DNA from: Octopus sinensis
Lineage: Eukaryota
Reading direction: 5' to 3'
Assembly (NCBI RefSeq): GCF_006345805.1
Contig: NC_043001.1
Span: 51,460,001 to 51,524,000, forward strand
DNA length: 64,000 bases
Shown here one piece after another: positions 59,566 to 64,000 of the stretch; the first letter of the stretch is position 1, and every line of letters begins with the position of its first letter. The translations under genes were made by a program, and so were the position numbers. Under the pieces are notes generated by a model. That model searched no databases, was not told the DNA's origin, and was given only the letters and a program-made list of their open reading frames with translations.

Positions 59566-62068
59566 GACTTAGCTAAAATCTAGTTTCTACCTAGTCTGAA
59601 CCAATCAATCCGCCGCAGTCTTCATCCACACAGAGCTTACTCAACCATGTTCCAGTTCCAGCGACAGACGACCAGACCAGCCAGTCATGTTCCTGCTCCA
59701 GCCAATGACGACGCTAACATACACCAGCAACGCCACCGACGCCTTCATCTCAACGTCGTCTTTCTCTGCCGTCGCCATCACCATCGTCGTCCTTCACCTT
59801 CACGTCGTCTCCATCTTCGTCGCCTTCATCTCCAGCAACACTAATATGTACATAGCACTCATTCAGGTTTAGCTTTCACGCTGTTATGATTTTCACCGAG
59901 GTTAACAGCACAGCACTACCTGCGAGATCTTCTGTACCAATGTAACCTGGCACAGCATTGAAGCTACAACCGCTACACGACATGTGTCCAACCGGCATCT
60001 GCACTTGTGATCCGAACATCCTGTTACAGAACGAACTGCTATTATGTACTTTACTACGAACTGGTAAATTAACTCCATCTTGTCTGAAATACCCTGAGAG
60101 ACTTTTCCTATGCGCTGTATTTTGTTTTGCCCGCATACACCTTGTTTGTACTTCTGTCGCACACACGAACACACATAGTTAATACACACACAAATGCTAT
60201 CTCTGTCACATTCATACGCCACACATGCCTTTCTCGCTTGTTTTCCATGCTCAATGTGCCCTTGTAAACACAACTCATCTCTGTAAGACCCTAGGTCGGT
60301 CACGCATACATAGAGAAAGTTGATTGTCCCTTGCAACGCGCCAGCATGCCACACTTTTGTTCCTGCACGACTGAGGCATATAATAGCTGAAGCACTGGCT
60401 GGCAGCCTCAGCCTTACTGCATTAATCACTGGCATATTCAATACTGTACACTGTATTTCAGCCTAGCAAGCCCTATTGCACTCATGCACCTCAGTTCTGC
60501 ACGTGTACTCCCTTGTTTTGCAACACGTCTGCGTCAGCTCAATTCTTCTCCCGACTCAAAGCACGTCGGATGTTCACATGCGTTGCGCTCATGTTTAGGC
60601 ATAATTTCCTCCTGTTGATCACGTAATTAACAGAGAAAATTATGTCTCGCACCCAAGTTGCATCCAAAGAATGTAAAGAAGCAACTAGTTCCCTTTACGT
60701 AACGATCAAAAAGTATTAAAAAGTTTAATATACATAGATAAAGATATATACACTTTGTATATATACATTATATATACATATTTATATATAGAACACACAC
60801 ACATACACACACATATATAAACGCTCGTTGGTGTGTTCTGTTTGTATTTGGTCGATGGGCGCGTTGACAGGTAGACAATAGAATGCGGTGGCAATGGCGA
60901 TGGAATATTTGTTTCTCTGTATGAATGCAGACAGATACATCAAAGAACACCGTCTGACGAACTTTACATTAAATAACGGGAGTGGATGTGTTAAAGTTAT
61001 AAATGAAGGGGAGTAAGAGGGGAATGTAGGGAACTGAGCAAGAGCATGTTAGGCCATTGGGAAACTGTAACCAGCGACGCCTTCGTTCGCTAGTTGATAT
61101 ATAATATATGTATTTAAAAAGTTAATTTTATTTGAAGCTTTGTAAAATAGTAAAAAGATATTAATAAAGCCACAATAACGTAACTAAATGATACATGTGT
61201 AGTGGTATTTATACTGGTTTCAAATCTTTTGTACAAAGCCGACAAATTTGGCGGGCGGGGAGTAAATCGTTTAGAACAATCTCAATGCACAACTGATATT
61301 TAAAATACCAGTTGAAAGGATGAGAGGCAAAGTCGATCTCGGTGACTTTTTAACTCAGAACGTGGATATTTTCACTTTGAGCGGCAGATTTAAAAACGAA
61401 TATTTTTTAAAACTAAACACTTATAAACTTTGTATACTGGTAGAATATGTCACATAAAACATGTTTTTCTCTTGAGAAAATTCTGTAGTTTGTAAGCTAT
61501 TTGTTGCTAAATTTCTCGTATTCCGGCAATTTCAACTAATCAATGACGTCTATTGAGATGAATACAATTACTGCTGTTGTTTGTCAACAAGAAGTGTATA
61601 TTTCGTTTAAGAAACAGATTGAAATGCAATAAAATAGATTGATACTCAGTCGCCGGCACCGGATGCCACAACTTATATGAAACATTAAACATACATTATG
61701 ATATAGAGGGCATTAGTAAATTATTCATTTAACATTAAGGGTGTATATACCAAATTGAATATGTACTTAGTGTGTAACCCAGAGTTTGGTGGGTGGGTGT
61801 CTTGTGTTTACAAAAAAGAAACAAGGAAAAGGGGACAAGTTTTGGGTGTTGAAATTTGTAAGCGTATAGTGATGTATAAATACATTTTAATATATGAATA
61901 ACTTAATGAATAAAGGGTATTAATGATGAGAAGTGATAATTAATAAATGAATGAAACAGTATTACATATAACATTTCATGCATCCAACATAATATAAATT
62001 GAATTTATATACATCATAAAAATTATTTATCTATACATACAATAACTACACTGTATGATATGTATATA

Positions 62069-62745
62069 CGAGGGGCGTTCAATAAGTAATGCCCCTGACC
62101 CACGTCCCATAGCAGTAGAGCAACAAAACTTGGCACAGTTATTAGTCTTTTTCTACATAGGAACCACCCAGAGTTATGCATTTCTCGCATTGTTTGATGC
62201 AGCTCTGGAGACCGTTTTTGTAGAAGACCCCAGCTTGGTCCTCCAACTACGACGTGACTTCAGAAATCAAGGCTGCATTATCTGGAAAACGCTTTCCTTT
62301 CAAAAACAACTTCATGGCTGGGAAGAGGTGAAAATCAGAGGGTGCAAGGTCAGGAGAGTAGGGAGATGGGAGAGGAGTTCATAGCCGCATGCCTGTGCTT
62401 CTGATCTGGCGACACGCAAGTTGTGGACCGGAGAGTTGTCCTGCAGCCTTTGCTGATCTTGCCCCGCCTCTTGATTTTGATAGCTTATCTTAATTTCCTC
62501 AAAACTGAAGCATAATAGGCTCCTGTAATTGTGGTACCCTTTGCCAGGAAATCTGTCATCACTACTCCGTCCTGGTCCCAGAAGACTGTGAGCATGACCT
62601 TGCCAGCGGAGAGCTGCACCCTTGCCTTCTTTGGAGGAGGTGAGTCACGGTGCTTCCACTGCATTGACTAGGTTTTGGTCTCTGGATCATAGTGATGGAC
62701 CCAGGTTTCATCCTGCGTAATCAGTCTTTTGAAAAATTTTGGATC
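62069..62745 (-). mobile_element. Mariner transposase 3' part with TIR
   Basis: TA|CGAGGGGCGTTCAATAAGTAATGCC TIR. Minus translation ETKNQSMQWKHRDSPPPKKARV..SAGKVMLTVFWDQDGVV...ITGAYY..VL.KLR. Confidence 0.85.
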
Positions 62746-62830
62746 CCTAATTAGCTATTTTGTTGTGCGGGCCTCCCAAAAGCTTATACGGACCCCAGGG
62801 ACCACATGGATGCCAGTTGAGAACTACTGC
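62746..62830 (+). mobile_element. hAT-type 3' terminus fragment
   Basis: GGACCCCAGGGACCACATGGATGCCAGTTGAGAACTACTG resembles the GGGG.CC...CAGTTGAGAACCACTG hAT/Charlie-type end. Confidence 0.4.
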
Positions 62831-63317
62831 TCTATTTAATGAGCTGTTACTTTCATACAAAATCAAAACATATCTATCCGTATACAAGGCCCAGAAAAAA
62901 ATTTTGAAAGGAGGAAATCCAGAAGTGTTGGCGAGGCTCTCACAAAATTCGAAGAGAGGCAGAACGTCAGATATTCTCAGGCATGTCTTTGTCACTGTGG
63001 GCTCTCGGAGCGATGTACTGGTTGAACTCTTATAGGTTCCGTCTCAATGTGTGTAATGTGAATTACATTATCCAATGGATTATTCATTAAGACGGACGTT
63101 TTGAGGGAAATTCAGTTGCTGTCTCTTGCATGCCGGTCGACTACATTGAGGTTCTGTCACTGGCTTGTTTAAACGCACATTTAAAGGCAGGTAAGCTGTT
63201 GATAAGCAAGATGAACGAGAAGTTAGTAATATAAGAGCAGGATTTGATGCCATTATGTTTATTCTGGCTTTTCTCACTTCTAATTTCCAATCAATAATAC
63301 AAAAATAAATTATGAAG

Positions 63318-63360
<43 letters not shown>

Positions 63361-63666
63361 GAGAAGGATGAAAAATGCCCGCAGTTGTTTGCATTGTCGA
63401 AATGGTTAGAGAAAACCTGGCGTAAATTTATAGAGCCAACTAGTACGACGTGAAAAAAAAAAGTAAAAAAAGACAGCTGACTAAGTAATGAAATATCACA
63501 TGGCAGTAATAAAAATGTCAGTCTTCTATAATTACGCAATTGTCAATAAAGTGCTTATGAAAAATTAAAAGTCTCAAAAACACAAAAAAACCCCGATAAC
63601 TACCAAGCTTTCAGCATACATACATACACATACACACACACATGTATATGAATATGTGTGTGTGTG

Positions 63667-63717
<51 letters not shown>

Positions 63718-64000
63718 ATCTAGGACTTTTCGTCTAAAACACGTTAGTCTAATGCACTATGGTCTAAAGAACTTTGATTTAAAGTGGCTTTTGTATAAAT
63801 ACACTATAGTCTAAAAATATTTTTCTCTAAATGTTCTTTAGTATAAAGACATTTTTATCCAAACTCACTTTGGTCTAATAACTATTTTATCTATAGAATC
63901 TAAAAGAAAGTAAAAGATCTAAATACCTGATCTAAGATCTTAGTCCTGGAGTCCAATTTTTCGACTAAAGGTAGTGCTCCAATATGACCGCAGTCAAATG

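Overview
Repeat-dominated eukaryotic DNA, very probably a coleoid cephalopod (Octopus-like), judged from the tRNA-derived SINE families, (TA)n/(TAA)n/(TATG)n microsatellites and TE content. The only host coding sequence I can support is the first coding exon of a CFAP44/WDR52-like gene (4823-5142, minus strand). The rest is nested TE relics: SINE families A, B and C, R4/Dong-type, RTE, Penelope and L1/Tx1-clade retrotransposons, two Ty3/Gypsy remnants, mariner, pogo/Tigger, hAT, Chapaev-like, piggyBac-like and Helitron pieces, plus at least eight long fold-back palindromes. Four observations stand out. (1) A Tx1-like LINE family appears to insert site-specifically into the tRNA-derived head of SINE A, with a 13-14 bp target duplication and head-to-tail stacking. 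It also shares its 3' tail with SINE B, which itself stacks at fixed sites. (2) A ~2 kb extremely AT-rich island (28.8-30.76 kb) has a 441-codon frame that is open only if TAA/TAG are read as Gln, the ciliate-type code. (3) Hammerhead-ribozyme-like folds sit beside Penelope-type palindromes. (4) Two local inversions are resolvable to the base. All identifications come from reading motifs by eye; no database searches were run, and many boundaries are approximate.
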